Counted from the stretch's first letter, positions 44,669 to 55,232 are shown. The stretch is DNA of 64,000 bases from an uncultured Phycisphaerales bacterium (GCA_963844715.1 CAWJPJ010000007.1:224001-288000), one strand, 5' to 3'. Notes: generated from the letters alone by a model not told the origin. Program-made: numbers and translations.

Positions 44669-44806
44669 CGCACGGTTGTTCCCGCTCGATTGCAGGGTGT
44701 TAGCTGGTCGGACCGGGTTTTTGGCGTTCGCGGTCTTGGCCGCCATAAAGGGCGTCAATTAATCCAAATAGCCGATTTATTGGACGGCGTGAAAACCGGG
44801 TTTAGC

Positions 44807-44834
44807 TTGACAGCGTATCACCGGGGACTACGAT
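44807..44834 (+). promoter_or_regulatory. Sigma70-type promoter
   Basis: TTGACA-N16-TACGAT, ~160 nt upstream of 44992. Confidence 0.6.
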
Positions 44835-44991
44835 ATTTTGGTCAACCTGCGGAGACGGTTTTCGAGTGGTTTCGCCTCCGCTGCGGAGGCTGTAAAACAT
44901 CCACGAGAATGGGGTTGTCACGGTTAGCATCAGGATGGCGCCCCGCGAACACCCGATACAGATAAGCCCTTGCACTAATTAGGAGCCGACT

Positions 44992-45882
44992 TTGAGTCCC
45001 CTTACCAAAGTCTTTGTCGTGTTGCTGGTTCTGACCTCGATGCTGTCGACGGCCGGATTTGTGGTGTTTGTGCAGAACGTGAGGCCGCTGCAACAGCAAT
45101 TGGATTCCTCGCACGCCGAGCGTGACGCCGCGATGCAGGCGGCGAGCGTGGACCTCGCCGCCAAGGAGCAGGCCGAGGCCCAGCGCGACCAGGAAATTGC
45201 CGCCCACCAGTCCGATCGCACGCGCGACGCGGGCTCCCTGGCAGTCGTGCAGAGCAAGTTGAACGACTCGCAGGTGCAGATCGCCCAGCTCCAGGCGGAG
45301 AAGACCAACCTCCAGGCGACCGTCAATACCCTCAATAGCAATCTGTCCCTCACCGCGGCCACCTCGGATAAGCTTAATCAGCAAGTTTCCGATCTTCGCA
45401 CCAAGAATGACCAGCTCACCAAGGAATCCGACGACGACACCCGGCAGATTGCCGACCTGAACAGCCAGACCGAAACCCAAGGGGCGACTCTCGAACAGAC
45501 GCAGGAAAAGCTCCAAGCTGAACTCGAGCGCGATCAAAAGCTCAGCGGCTGGGTCAAGGACCATGGCGGCAGCCCGGACGACGTCGTCGCAGGTGGGGCC
45601 ACGGGCATCCAGGCGGGCGCTCCGGCGATTGCCGGTCGGGTGCTGGAAAAGACCAGCATCAACGGCGTGCCTTACGTGACGATCTCCGTAGGGAGCGCCG
45701 ACGGCGTGGCCCGCGCGATGCAGTTCTATGTCATCGATCCTTCCACCAGCCAATTCCTCGGAATCGTCACCATCGACACGGTCGACAGCAATAATTCCAT
45801 TGGCAAGCTCGATGGAGAGCCCGCGAAGTTAGACCAAATCCACGCGGGGGACGATGTTAAAACTCAACTGAGAGGTTCGTAA
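44992..45882 (+). CDS. Membrane-anchored coiled-coil protein with a C-terminal beta domain
   Basis: TTG start after AGGAG; TM helix; long Q/L heptads; VTISVGSADGV. Confidence 0.8.
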   Translation: MSPLTKVFVVLLVLTSMLSTAGFVVFVQNVRPLQQQLDSSHAERDAAMQAASVDLAAKEQAEAQRDQEIAAHQSDRTRDAGSLAVVQSKLNDSQVQIAQLQAEKTNLQATVNTLNSNLSLTAATSDKLNQQVSDLRTKNDQLTKESDDDTRQIADLNSQTETQGATLEQTQEKLQAELERDQKLSGWVKDHGGSPDDVVAGGATGIQAGAPAIAGRVLEKTSINGVPYVTISVGSADGVARAMQFYVIDPSTSQFLGIVTIDTVDSNNSIGKLDGEPAKLDQIHAGDDVKTQLRGS

Positions 45883-46046
45883 TGAGTCGCGCCGCCACCG
45901 GTGATCAGGTCATCGTTAAGCCCACCAACAACATTTACACGGTGCTGGCCATCGTCGGCACGCTGGTGAATCTCGGCGGGTTCCTGGTGATCCTGCTCCG
46001 CTACACGGCCGTTTTCGGGGACAAGGCCAGCCTGTTCCACAAGTAA
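45882..46046 (+). CDS. Small single-pass membrane protein (54 aa)
   Basis: TAATG overlap with the upstream gene; MSRAATGDQVIVKPTNNIYTVLAIVGTLVNLGGFLVILLRYTAVFGDKASLFHK; too short for the ORF track. Confidence 0.75.
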   Translation: MSRAATGDQVIVKPTNNIYTVLAIVGTLVNLGGFLVILLRYTAVFGDKASLFHK

Positions 46047-46074
46047 GGGCTGTCGTTGATCTTGTCTGGTTCGC

Positions 46075-46713
46075 ATGCCGTTTCGACTCCAAGCTCGAGT
46101 CCCGTTCTGGAGCGCTAGCCCCCGCACATTTCAATTCCTCGATCCCGGCAAACTCGTCGATAACGAACTGGAACTGATCCCGCCCGACCGGCAATATATC
46201 GACGACATCCTCGCCGCCGCCAAGCATCCCACCACGATTCAAAACAGCCCCGAACTGGCGGAGATTTCCCGGCAGCAGATTTTGGATTTCCTTTCGCTCT
46301 GCCCCGGCGGGAAACAGCCGGGCGATTCCGGCAGCGGGATGTCCCCCTGCTATCACTTCTGGATGCAGCGGAACGATATGCCCGAATTCCCCATCGTCGG
46401 CGCCATCTCGCTGCGCATCGGCAATTCGTACGATACGGTCATGTACTACGGGCACATCGGGTATCACGTCTATCCGATGTCGCGAGGGAGACGGTTGGCG
46501 CTCCGCGCGACCAAACTGCTTCTCCCGCTGGCGGCCCGTCACGGGATTAATCCGATCTGGATCACATGCAACCCGGACAACGCCGCGTCGCGCCGAACCT
46601 GCCAACTTTTCGGCGCGCAATTCGTCGAGCTTGTTCCGGTGCCGATGGAATACCCCCTCTACCAACGCGGCGACCGCGAAAAATGCCGGTACCGCGTCGA
46701 TCTCCCCGGATAA
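46075..46713 (+). CDS. GNAT family N-acetyltransferase
   Basis: GAISLRIG, GHIGYHV..SRGRRLA, ITCNPDNAASRR. Confidence 0.88.
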   Translation: MPFRLQARVPFWSASPRTFQFLDPGKLVDNELELIPPDRQYIDDILAAAKHPTTIQNSPELAEISRQQILDFLSLCPGGKQPGDSGSGMSPCYHFWMQRNDMPEFPIVGAISLRIGNSYDTVMYYGHIGYHVYPMSRGRRLALRATKLLLPLAARHGINPIWITCNPDNAASRRTCQLFGAQFVELVPVPMEYPLYQRGDREKCRYRVDLPG

Positions 46714-46716
46714 GAA

Positions 46717-46920
46717 TTATTCCGCCGAGGTTTCGTCCGCGTGGCGCTGCTCGGCTTCCCAGCGAACCAGATCATCCAGCGGAATCTCGAGTAAACCCGA
46801 GATTTCCTCGGCGTCGTAATATTCCGCTTCCGGGCCATCCACCAGGGCGTAAAGCCCCGCACCCAGATCGTACTGATAACCCGCATCCGTCAAGAGGCTT
46901 TCGATTTCCCGATCGTTCAT
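46717..46920 (-). CDS. Small acidic hypothetical protein
   Basis: Strong RBS AGGAGG; 67 aa. Confidence 0.7.
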   Translation of the reverse strand: MNDREIESLLTDAGYQYDLGAGLYALVDGPEAEYYDAEEISGLLEIPLDDLVRWEAEQRHADETSAE

Positions 46921-46969
46921 GGGGCCTCCTGTTTTGTCTCATTATATCGGCGGCCCTACAATTACCGTC

Positions 46970-48201
46970 ATGGCATTTAGCCCGATTCCTGAAATTATCG
47001 AGGAACTCAAGGCCGGGAAAATGGTCGTCCTGGTCGACGACGAAGACCGGGAAAACGAGGGGGACCTCGTCCTCCCAGCCGAGAAGATCACTCCCGCGGC
47101 GATCAATTTCATGGAGACCCATGCCCGCGGGCTCATCTGCCTCTCCCTCGACGGCCAGCGCTGCGAGCGCCTGGGCCTGCACTGCGCAATCGGACCGAAA
47201 CACCGCGAGGCTCGGAACGGCTTTCACCGTAACCATCGACGCCCATCCACGCTTCGGCGTGACCACGGGCATGTCGGCAAAGGATCGGTCCACGACCATT
47301 CAAGTTGCCATGGCGGAAGACGCGCAGCCTCAAGACCTGCTTCGCCCCGGGCATATCAGCCCGCTGCGCGCGCGGGACGGCGGGGTGCTCGTCCGCGCCG
47401 GGCAAACCGAGGGCTCCGTCGATCTGGCGCGAATGGCCGGATTCAAACCCGCGGCGGTCATCTGCGAAATCAAACGCGAAGACGGAGAGATGGCGCGGCG
47501 GCCGGAACTGGAAGAATATTCCGCGCGGTTCGGCTTAAAGATGTGCACGATCGCCGACTTGATCAGCTACCGCCTGAAGCGCGAGCAATTTGTCCGGCGG
47601 ATTGAAACCGTCGCGCTCCCCACGCGCTGCGGGCGACTTCACGCTCCACGCCTATCAGAGCGCCGTCGAATCCCAGCCGCACCTGGCCCTCTGCAAGGGA
47701 GGCGTCGGCGATCTGGACTCCGAGGGAAAGGCGATCATTCAAGATGAACCGATTCTGGTTCGCGTCCACAGCGAATGCCTCACCGGCGACGTCTTCGGCA
47801 GCCAGCGGTGCGATTGCGGCCCCCAACTCGGCGCCGCGATGACCATGATCGAATTGGCCGGCAAAGGCGTCCTGGTCTATCTCCGCCAGGAAGGGCGCGG
47901 CATCGGGCTGACCAACAAACTTCACGCCTACGCCCTTCAGGAAAAAGGGCTGGATACCGTCGAGGCCAACCAGCGCCTCGGCCTACCCGTCGACAAACGA
48001 GACTACGGAATCGGCAGCCAAATCCTGCGCGACCTGGGCCTCCGGCAAATCCGAATTCTGACCAACAACCCCAAGAAAATTTACGGCCTGGAAGGCTTCG
48101 GCCTCAGCATCGTCGAGCAAATCCCCATCCGCATTGAGCCGGATGAGCACAATCGCGCCTATTTGCAAACGAAGAAAGCCAAAATGGGACACAAGCTGTA
48201 A
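46970..48201 (+). CDS. ribBA: Bifunctional DHBP synthase / GTP cyclohydrolase II, frameshifts near 47185 and 47625
   Basis: [51 protein letters not shown]. Confidence 0.95.
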
Positions 48202-48203
48202 GA

Positions 48204-48268
48204 AATGCTGATTGCCGAATGCTGAGTGATGAATTGAATTCAGCATTCATCATTCATCAATCATCATT
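48204..48268. repeat. Inverted pair of heptamer arrays (AATGMTG-like x4 / CAKCATT-like x4)
   Basis: AATGCTG ATTGCCG AATGCTG AGTGATG ... CAGCATT CATCATT CATCAAT CATCATT between convergent genes. Confidence 0.8.
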
Positions 48269-50611
48269 CCAGTTGATACTTCATCTCGACTTGCGGGCCG
48301 ACGATTCTCACGGTCATATCGCCCGCGATGCTCGCAAAACTTGGATCCGCCGTTGCGCTTCCCCACGCCATCGCAAACTGTTCGAGTTGCGTATCGGCGT
48401 GCATCTTTTCGCTGACGCCCAGGACCACTTCGTTTGCTTTTAAATCGCGGGCCGCGGTGGCGATCGCATAGAGAGGATTGTTCGTCGGCAGTACCACGGG
48501 ATAAACCTGCTTCCCGATGCGCTCGGCGACAGTCACGATTCTTGTCAGCAGTTCGCGGTCTTCGGTATCGACGGTTGTTTCGTGGTCGGTCACGCCCGCC
48601 GTGCGCGCGGGGAGCACTTTGCACGTCACGACGACCACATCGCGTTTGTCGGTATCGGTCTCCTGCAAAATCTTCTCCAGCACCGGCAAGCTTCGCGGCC
48701 CGCGCACGGCGACCAGCACCGGCTTGGCGTGCTTCAGACCCAGCGAATCGATCGTCACCTCGTCGCTGCTGCGTTCGTTGAACTGTTCGAGGTGCTCATG
48801 TTTGCCGCCATGGCGGCGATGTGAGAACTGCTCGACGATGATGAATGCGAGCAAAAAACCGACCGTGAAAGCGACGCCCCAGATCGTGGCGGTCTTCTTC
48901 GTCGCCAGATTGATCAGAGCGGTTGAGGCGAGGATCAGGAAAACGGTCAGGATTCCGATCGGCAGATCGATGCGCTTTCCCTTGATTTTCAGGGGGATAT
49001 TAAGCGGCACCTCGTATTGACGGGGCGAGCGATCCTTGAAGCGCAGGACCGTCATGGACATGGTCATGAAGACGAACGACCAGATGACGCCGAACGCGTA
49101 CGCCTCGCCGAGCGTGTCCACGTCCCCCATGCTGGCGATGATCACCACGAATTGCATGATCGCGATCAGGTTGATGAGACGATGCGTCGTGCCAAATCTC
49201 TTGTGCGGATGCTGAAACCAGGGGGTCAGCACGCCGTCCTCGGCCAGGCGATTCAGCACGCCGTTTGACCCGACGATGCTCGTATTGACGGCGCCGGCGA
49301 GGATGAGGAACCCGACGACCACCACGAAACATTCCATGAAGATCTTGATCCAGGCGGGCCCGGAAAGATATTGAACCAGTCCGTTAATGAGGTTGTCGCG
49401 ATAACCGCCGTTGTCGCGTTCGACGTGGTGATGGGAGTCGACGAGAATGACTTTGTTCGTCAACTGGAGTTGTTCATCTCCGGTTCGGTCGGTCCAGCGG
49501 TGGAGCTGATAACCCCAGTTGTCGGGATGCGTCGCGTCCGGCCCGCGAAGATAATCGACCTCCACCCAAGCCTTTCCGCGATTGTCGTCGCGCACCTCGA
49601 CGCCGTTCTTAACGATCTGGGTCATGACGCGCTTGCCGTCGGGGATAATGAAGATCGCCAGGAAGCTGATCAGGCTGGTCAGCAGCATCGAATAGAGGAA
49701 AATCACGAACCCGGCCGCGCATGAGATTTTTAAGCTTCGGCGCTTCGATCTCGCGATTGACCTGAGCGAGCGATTCTTCGCCGCTCATGGCCAGAAGGGT
49801 GTGGCCGAATGCGATCAAAATGCCCAGCGACCCGACAATGCGCGGGAAGTTTTCAAGCCATCCCTTGCTCGATTCATTTCCTCCCCCGGCCGACGAATCC
49901 GTGAAAACCGGATGCAGCGGCGGGGCATGAATCGGCTGCCCGCGAAGAATCAGCGTTAGCGCGCTCCACGCGATGATCAGAATTCCCATCACGGTCGTAA
50001 GCTGCATGATTCGCAGCGCCTTATCGCTGGATTCATGCATGCCGATGATGTTGACCCGCCAGAAATAAACGGTGATGCCCATCGCCAGGGCCACGGTGAG
50101 AAGATTGGTGAACCGCTGCACCGCGATCGACCCGACCACGATCGGCGGATGCCCATAGTGGTGCAGAACGAGGTTCATCATGTCGATGAAGAGCCCGACG
50201 ATATACTGCCCGGCGGAAACGGCGCTGATGGGTCCCGTGAGCACATAATCGAACATCAAGGCGCTGAACGGAGAGCTTCGCCAGATTCCCGCCGATGGCC
50301 CCTTTGACGACCTTGTACACGCCCCCGCGCGTGAACATGGTGCAGCTTTCGACGTAGACGGCGCGGACGGCATAGCTGAAGAGCATGACGCCGAAGATGA
50401 ACCACGGCGCCGCCTTACCGATGGCTTGTTCGCTGATGCCGCCGATGTAATAGGCGGTGCTCGCCAGGTCGCATAGGACGATCGCCGCGGCGCGCCAAAA
50501 GCTGATAAACGCCAGCGCGACGCTGCTGACAACCAGAACATTAACCCGCCGCCTTTGTGCCGGGTCGGGTAACTGCGCAACGTCAAAGCCGCTTGTTGGA
50601 ACAGAAGTCAT
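48264..50611 (-). CDS. APC-superfamily transporter, YdaO/KimA-like, with a C-terminal cytoplasmic domain; frameshifts near 49720 and 50265
   Basis: CDLASTAYY, GGVYKVVK, LMFDYVLT.PISAVSAG, SGEES, AYAFGV; ~12 TM plus a soluble C-terminal domain. Confidence 0.82.
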
Positions 50612-50749
50612 ATAACAGGCCACTCCGCCGGCGCAAGCGAGCGCCGGAAGCTGTTTATGAACGGTTGAGTTGGTTCAAAGGGGGAAGGCTTCAGTGGTTT
50701 GGCGTGCCGAAGTTGGCCGCTGATCCATTAAGAAGCGTTGCATCCCTTT

Positions 50750-50985
50750 CACATGCCGACGAGGTTAGCTGACGGGCTGGACGCTGAAAGTCGTCCTCGG
50801 CCAAACGGCGCCGATTCGCCCCTGCCCTTCCAATGGGTTGACCCGGCCGCATATTCCGGAGCATCCGAACCATTCGGAGCCGCCGCTGGCCACCGGGCCT
50901 ATCCACCTGGAAAAGCTGTTCGGGACACTCGTCCCGACATGGGTTCCCCGCGTCCGAAGGTTGCCCTTCAGGACTTAGGCGTTTT
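50750..50985 (-). ncRNA. ydaO/yuaA-class (cyclic di-AMP) riboswitch with a long insertion
   Basis: Minus-strand blocks GCGGGGAACCCA ... GGGGCGAAUC ... CCCGUCAGCUAACCUCGUCGGC in the correct order, upstream of a YdaO-like gene. Confidence 0.88.
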
Positions 50986-51021
50986 TGCAGTGGGCAAAGG
51001 ATAGAACCGAAGTCCGGTAAG

Positions 51022-52485
51022 TCAAGAAGACCCCGACCCCACCAAAGCCGCCGTCAAGACGATTGTGAGACATAACCCCATGATCAGACCGAGGTAAAGC
51101 AATTTCATAAATCGGTCGAAGCTCGCTGTCCCCTGCGGATCATGCCCCAACTCGGCCAGAAATCGCATCCGCCGCTGGATGCTTCCATGAGACCAGCTTG
51201 CCGCGGCGACGGGGATGTGATTGACGGCCGCGACCCGGCGCAAAGCCGCGCAAAATACTTCCGCCCCCTGCTCTCCCACGCTTGAAGGAGCAACCGCCTG
51301 GGGAACGTGAATGCCCTGCACTGTGCGGGCCGCGAATACATCCGCCTGCCTCTCAAACTTCCGGCTGATATACCCAAACACGGCGGCAAAGATCGCCAGC
51401 CCCAGTGCGCCCCAAACGGCCCACTGCACGGTCTCCGGAAGATGCGGCAGCCGATGAGAGAGGCGATAGGCCACCTCCACCCCCGGACCCGAAAGCAGAA
51501 ACACCAGCCCCATGCCCGTCGCGGCCAGCCAGATTAGATGCCGATGCACGACATGCCCCAACTCATGGGCGAAGACCGCCTCGATCTGTTCATCCGTCAT
51601 CGTCTCGACGAGCAGGTCGCTGAGGAGCACATAGCGCGTCTGCCGCACAAAACCCATTACGGCGGCGTTGCCCATCTGGTAACTGGTGCGCCAAAGAAGC
51701 ACGTCTTTAAAGGCGATTCGATATTTTGCTCCGATGGCTTCGAGCCGCCTGCGCAGGGGAGAATCCGCCATGCGCTCCGTTTGTAATACCCGGCGAAGGA
51801 TTTCCGGAGCCAGAATCGCAATCGCGACGGCGGCGGGGATCGACGCTGCGGCGTCGATCGCCGAGGGATGAATCGATATCGACTGCCACCGGCTTAGGAT
51901 CGGGTTGATCGCCAGCCAGCATAAATCGTGAAGCACGACGAGGGCGCCCGCCGGGGCAAGCGTAAAGAGAATCCCCATTCTCAATTTGGCGAAAAAATAG
52001 GGCCAAAATTGCGGCGTCGGAGCGAAGGGCAAGTCCTCGTTGAGCTGCACCAGAATGCTCTGCTCGCGCAGGGACTGATCGACTGGAAACTGCGCCCAGA
52101 TCAACCCCATCAACGCCGCCATGGGCGGGAGAGACCCAATCAAAATGCCCGGCGTGTAGATCGCATCGCCGTCCAGATGAACCGGCGCCAGCCAGCCCTC
52201 GACCAGTCCCTTCCATCCGAAGACGAACAAGCTCGTCGCAAACCACGCAGGAATCGCCGCGCGGGCCAGGAGGGTGATCCAGGTGTAGCGCGCCATCCGT
52301 TTTTGCAAATCGCGGATTGGAACATTGCGCAGAAGGCGGCTCCAAATCGCAACGGAAAGGACGATCGCCCCGAACCCGACGACCATCACGGCCGCGCCGG
52401 CGGCGGGACTGAGATCGCCCGCCGGCGGCGACACTGGCGCAGAAAGCCAGATGGCGAAAACGACTAGCAACGCGATTTGCAGCAT
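51022..52485 (-). CDS. M48 family (Ste24/HtpX-like) membrane metalloprotease
   Basis: NAAVMG, HELGH, ERQAD, SHGSIQRR. Confidence 0.9.
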   Translation of the reverse strand: MLQIALLVVFAIWLSAPVSPPAGDLSPAAGAAVMVVGFGAIVLSVAIWSRLLRNVPIRDLQKRMARYTWITLLARAAIPAWFATSLFVFGWKGLVEGWLAPVHLDGDAIYTPGILIGSLPPMAALMGLIWAQFPVDQSLREQSILVQLNEDLPFAPTPQFWPYFFAKLRMGILFTLAPAGALVVLHDLCWLAINPILSRWQSISIHPSAIDAAASIPAAVAIAILAPEILRRVLQTERMADSPLRRRLEAIGAKYRIAFKDVLLWRTSYQMGNAAVMGFVRQTRYVLLSDLLVETMTDEQIEAVFAHELGHVVHRHLIWLAATGMGLVFLLSGPGVEVAYRLSHRLPHLPETVQWAVWGALGLAIFAAVFGYISRKFERQADVFAARTVQGIHVPQAVAPSSVGEQGAEVFCAALRRVAAVNHIPVAAASWSHGSIQRRMRFLAELGHDPQGTASFDRFMKLLYLGLIMGLCLTIVLTAALVGSGSS

Positions 52486-52505
52486 GTGAATCTTATTCTA
52501 GGAAC

Positions 52506-53375
52506 TTATTCGTCCTGCTGCTGTGATTGATCGGCCATGGCATATTGGTGCAGGCTCCAGCCCGCCGCCACGCCCACGGCGAGGATGACTGGCAGAAGCC
52601 GGACGGCCAGCCGCCATCCGGGACGCAATCTAGCCGCCGCCGGGAGATCGCCTCCCAGCGCCAACATCGGCGAAATCAGCAAAACTCCCACGATAATTTG
52701 TTGCGAGCCAGTGAGCGTGTCGCTCGTATAAAAATACCCGTGGACCAGGAGCGCCAGAAGCGTAAGCCCCACGGCGGCGGCGCCCCCGCGATCAAGCGAG
52801 ATTCGGCTTCGAAAAAGGGCGGCCAGGGCGGCCGCGGCGCAGATCGCCGCGATTCCAGCCGCGACGGTGGCACTGCCCACGATGTGCCAACTGGTCAGAA
52901 TTGCCGCCGATCCGATGGAAAGAATCAGCAGAAGCAGCGGCGCCAATAAGCCGGGCGACGACTCGGATACTTTTTCCAGGGTCCACCACCACGCCAGCGC
53001 GGCCAGCGAGAGGAAATCCATCCACTCCTCCGGCAGTGTCAGCGTCGCGGGGATCAGCGGCCAAAGCATCAGGCGGATCGCCATTCTCCAGATGAAGAGC
53101 AGAAAAAGCGCCCGCATCCAAAACGGGGGGCGAAGGATGGCGTCCAGCGCGCCCAGTACTCCCAGCGCGACGGCGAGCCAGAAGACCCATTCGATGACGT
53201 CGCCCGTTCCTGGAAGATGGGGCCGGGCCCGCAAACTCCAGAACGCCGTTCCCACCGCCGCCCCGAATACCGGGGCGATGATCCATCTTCGATTATGTCC
53301 CGCGATCGCCAGGACGATTGCCGTGAATAAGACGGGCAATACGAATCCCAGCACGATCGTCGAAATCGCCGGCAT
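52506..53375 (-). CDS. Polytopic membrane hypothetical protein
   Basis: ~9-10 hydrophobic helices; co-oriented between yceI and the M48 gene. Confidence 0.7.
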   Translation of the reverse strand: MPAISTIVLGFVLPVLFTAIVLAIAGHNRRWIIAPVFGAAVGTAFWSLRARPHLPGTGDVIEWVFWLAVALGVLGALDAILRPPFWMRALFLLFIWRMAIRLMLWPLIPATLTLPEEWMDFLSLAALAWWWTLEKVSESSPGLLAPLLLLILSIGSAAILTSWHIVGSATVAAGIAAICAAAALAALFRSRISLDRGGAAAVGLTLLALLVHGYFYTSDTLTGSQQIIVGVLLISPMLALGGDLPAAARLRPGWRLAVRLLPVILAVGVAAGWSLHQYAMADQSQQQDE

Positions 53376-53387
53376 CGAATAGGCCGC

Positions 53388-53975
53388 TTATTGCTTGATC
53401 GCTTCGATCGCGACGGTGATGCGAACCTCATTCCCAATCGCCGGCGGCGGATCATAGGTAATTCCGAAATCGGTACGATCGATCGTGAACGTCGTTTCAA
53501 ATCCGGAGCGGGTTTCGCCTTTCATTCCTTTACCACTGCCGGTCATGTCCATCTCGACGGTGATCGACTTGGTGACGCCATGGCAAGTGAGATCGCCGGT
53601 AACTTCCAGCGAAGTATCGCTCGCCTTTTTCACGGATGTGCTCTTGAACGTAAGCGTGGGGAATTGCTTGACGTCGAAAAAGTCCGGGCCTTTGAGATCA
53701 TTGTTCCGATTCTTGTTGCGCGTATCCAGCGAATCCGCCTGGACCGTCAGGTCGAAGGAATCTTTGCTCGGGTCGGCGTCATCCTGAACGACCGTCCCCG
53801 TGGGTCCGAGGAATGTGCCATAGACATATCCGGCCCCGAAATGATGCACTCGGAAGATGACGAACGAGTGCACCGGGTCGGTTTGATAATCGTCTGCCCG
53901 CGCCACGGCTGCGAGGGCGGGGATGAAACCGAGCGACAAAATCAACGTACCGACGATTCCTGATAAACGCTTCAT
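53388..53975 (-). CDS. YceI family protein with signal peptide
   Basis: DPVHS, SLDT.N..RN.DL...DFFD...FP, GDLTCHGVTK, IDRTDFG. Confidence 0.92.
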   Translation of the reverse strand: MKRLSGIVGTLILSLGFIPALAAVARADDYQTDPVHSFVIFRVHHFGAGYVYGTFLGPTGTVVQDDADPSKDSFDLTVQADSLDTRNKNRNNDLKGPDFFDVKQFPTLTFKSTSVKKASDTSLEVTGDLTCHGVTKSITVEMDMTGSGKGMKGETRSGFETTFTIDRTDFGITYDPPPAIGNEVRITVAIEAIKQ

Positions 53976-53991
53976 CGTTGGCTCCTTTTTG

Positions 53992-54714
53992 CTAAACGGT
54001 TGTGTTTTTTTCCATTTCGGGAAGATCCAGCAAAATGACTTCGGCGGGGTCCTTGGCGGCAAAATCCAATCGTGGTTCTTCGGACATTCGGGCCTGATCT
54101 CCTTCCGCGAGGTTCTCGCCGTTCAAAATCACGCTCCCAGTGATGATAAAGACATACGCCTTTCGCCCGGAACGAATGGCATGGGATGCGCGAAACCCTT
54201 CTGGCAGCGACGAAAGATAGATCTGTGCGTCCTGGTCGATCCGCAACGTATCCGGCGAATCCCCTCCGCTGACCACTGCCATCATCTTCCCGACGCGATC
54301 GCCGCGCCGAAAATGCTTTTGCTCCCAGCGCGGGGCGTTCCCTTTGGTTCTGGGCACGATCCACAATTGCAAAAGATGCAGCGGCTCGCGCAAGGACGGA
54401 TTTTGCTCGGAATGGTAAATGCCCTTGCCAGCGGACATCACCTGAACTTCGCCCGGCTTGATGACGCCTCGATTGCCAATGTTGTCGCGATGCTCCAGTT
54501 CGCCGGTAAGGACGATGGTGACGATCTCCATGTCCTGATGGGGATGAAAATCGAATCCGCCGCCGGCTTTGATGATGTCGTCGTTGAAAACCCGCAGCGG
54601 GCCCCAGTTCAGATTATTCGGGTCGTAATAGTCGCCGAAGGAAAAATGCCAGTGGGTTTCGAGCCAGCCGAAGTCGGCGTGATGTCGTTCTTTGGATCGG
54701 ATGATGCGGATCAT
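53992..54714 (-). CDS. Pirin family protein (YhhW-like)
   Basis: HFSFGDYYDP, HPHQDMEIVT, MSAGKGIYHSE, LQLWI. Confidence 0.93.
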   Translation of the reverse strand: MIRIIRSKERHHADFGWLETHWHFSFGDYYDPNNLNWGPLRVFNDDIIKAGGGFDFHPHQDMEIVTIVLTGELEHRDNIGNRGVIKPGEVQVMSAGKGIYHSEQNPSLREPLHLLQLWIVPRTKGNAPRWEQKHFRRGDRVGKMMAVVSGGDSPDTLRIDQDAQIYLSSLPEGFRASHAIRSGRKAYVFIITGSVILNGENLAEGDQARMSEEPRLDFAAKDPAEVILLDLPEMEKNTTV

Positions 54715-54743
54715 AAGAACCTCTGAATTCATCCGTCCCAAGA

Positions 54744-55223
54744 TCACCCATGAACATCTTCAGGCTCGCGCGCGAGTTCAAGCAAGTTCAAAAACTGTTG
54801 CAATTTATCGGGGCCAAGATGGCCCAATTGCCGCCGGTGCATTTCCTTGATCGGGACGTCGAGGCCCGTCAGGAGGGACAGTCCCTGCTCGGTGATGAAG
54901 ACTTTGACGACGCGTCGATCATCGTGCTGCCGTTCCCGGGTCACCAGGCCGCGTTTTTCCAAGCGGTCGAGAAGCCGGGTCAGGTCCGGGTCGCGGGTAA
55001 TCATACGATTTGCGATCTCCTGGCAGGAGATTCCGGGCTTTCCCACGCCGCGCAGGATTCGCAGGACGTTGTATTGTGCCGCGGAAAGTCCCGCCGGCTT
55101 GAGAGCCGCGGCCCCACATCGCGCCAGCCAGTCCGCGGTCCGCATGCAATTGAGGAAGACCTCCTGCTCGAGAGACTCGAACGGACCCGTCTTTCCGATC
55201 TCGCGGCCTAACTTACTGACCAT
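54744..55223 (-). CDS. MarR family transcriptional regulator
   Basis: QYNVLRILRG, DLTRLLDRLEKRGLV, DRRVVKV.IT..G. Confidence 0.93.
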   Translation of the reverse strand: MVSKLGREIGKTGPFESLEQEVFLNCMRTADWLARCGAAALKPAGLSAAQYNVLRILRGVGKPGISCQEIANRMITRDPDLTRLLDRLEKRGLVTRERQHDDRRVVKVFITEQGLSLLTGLDVPIKEMHRRQLGHLGPDKLQQFLNLLELAREPEDVHG

Positions 55224-55232
55224 GAATCCTAT

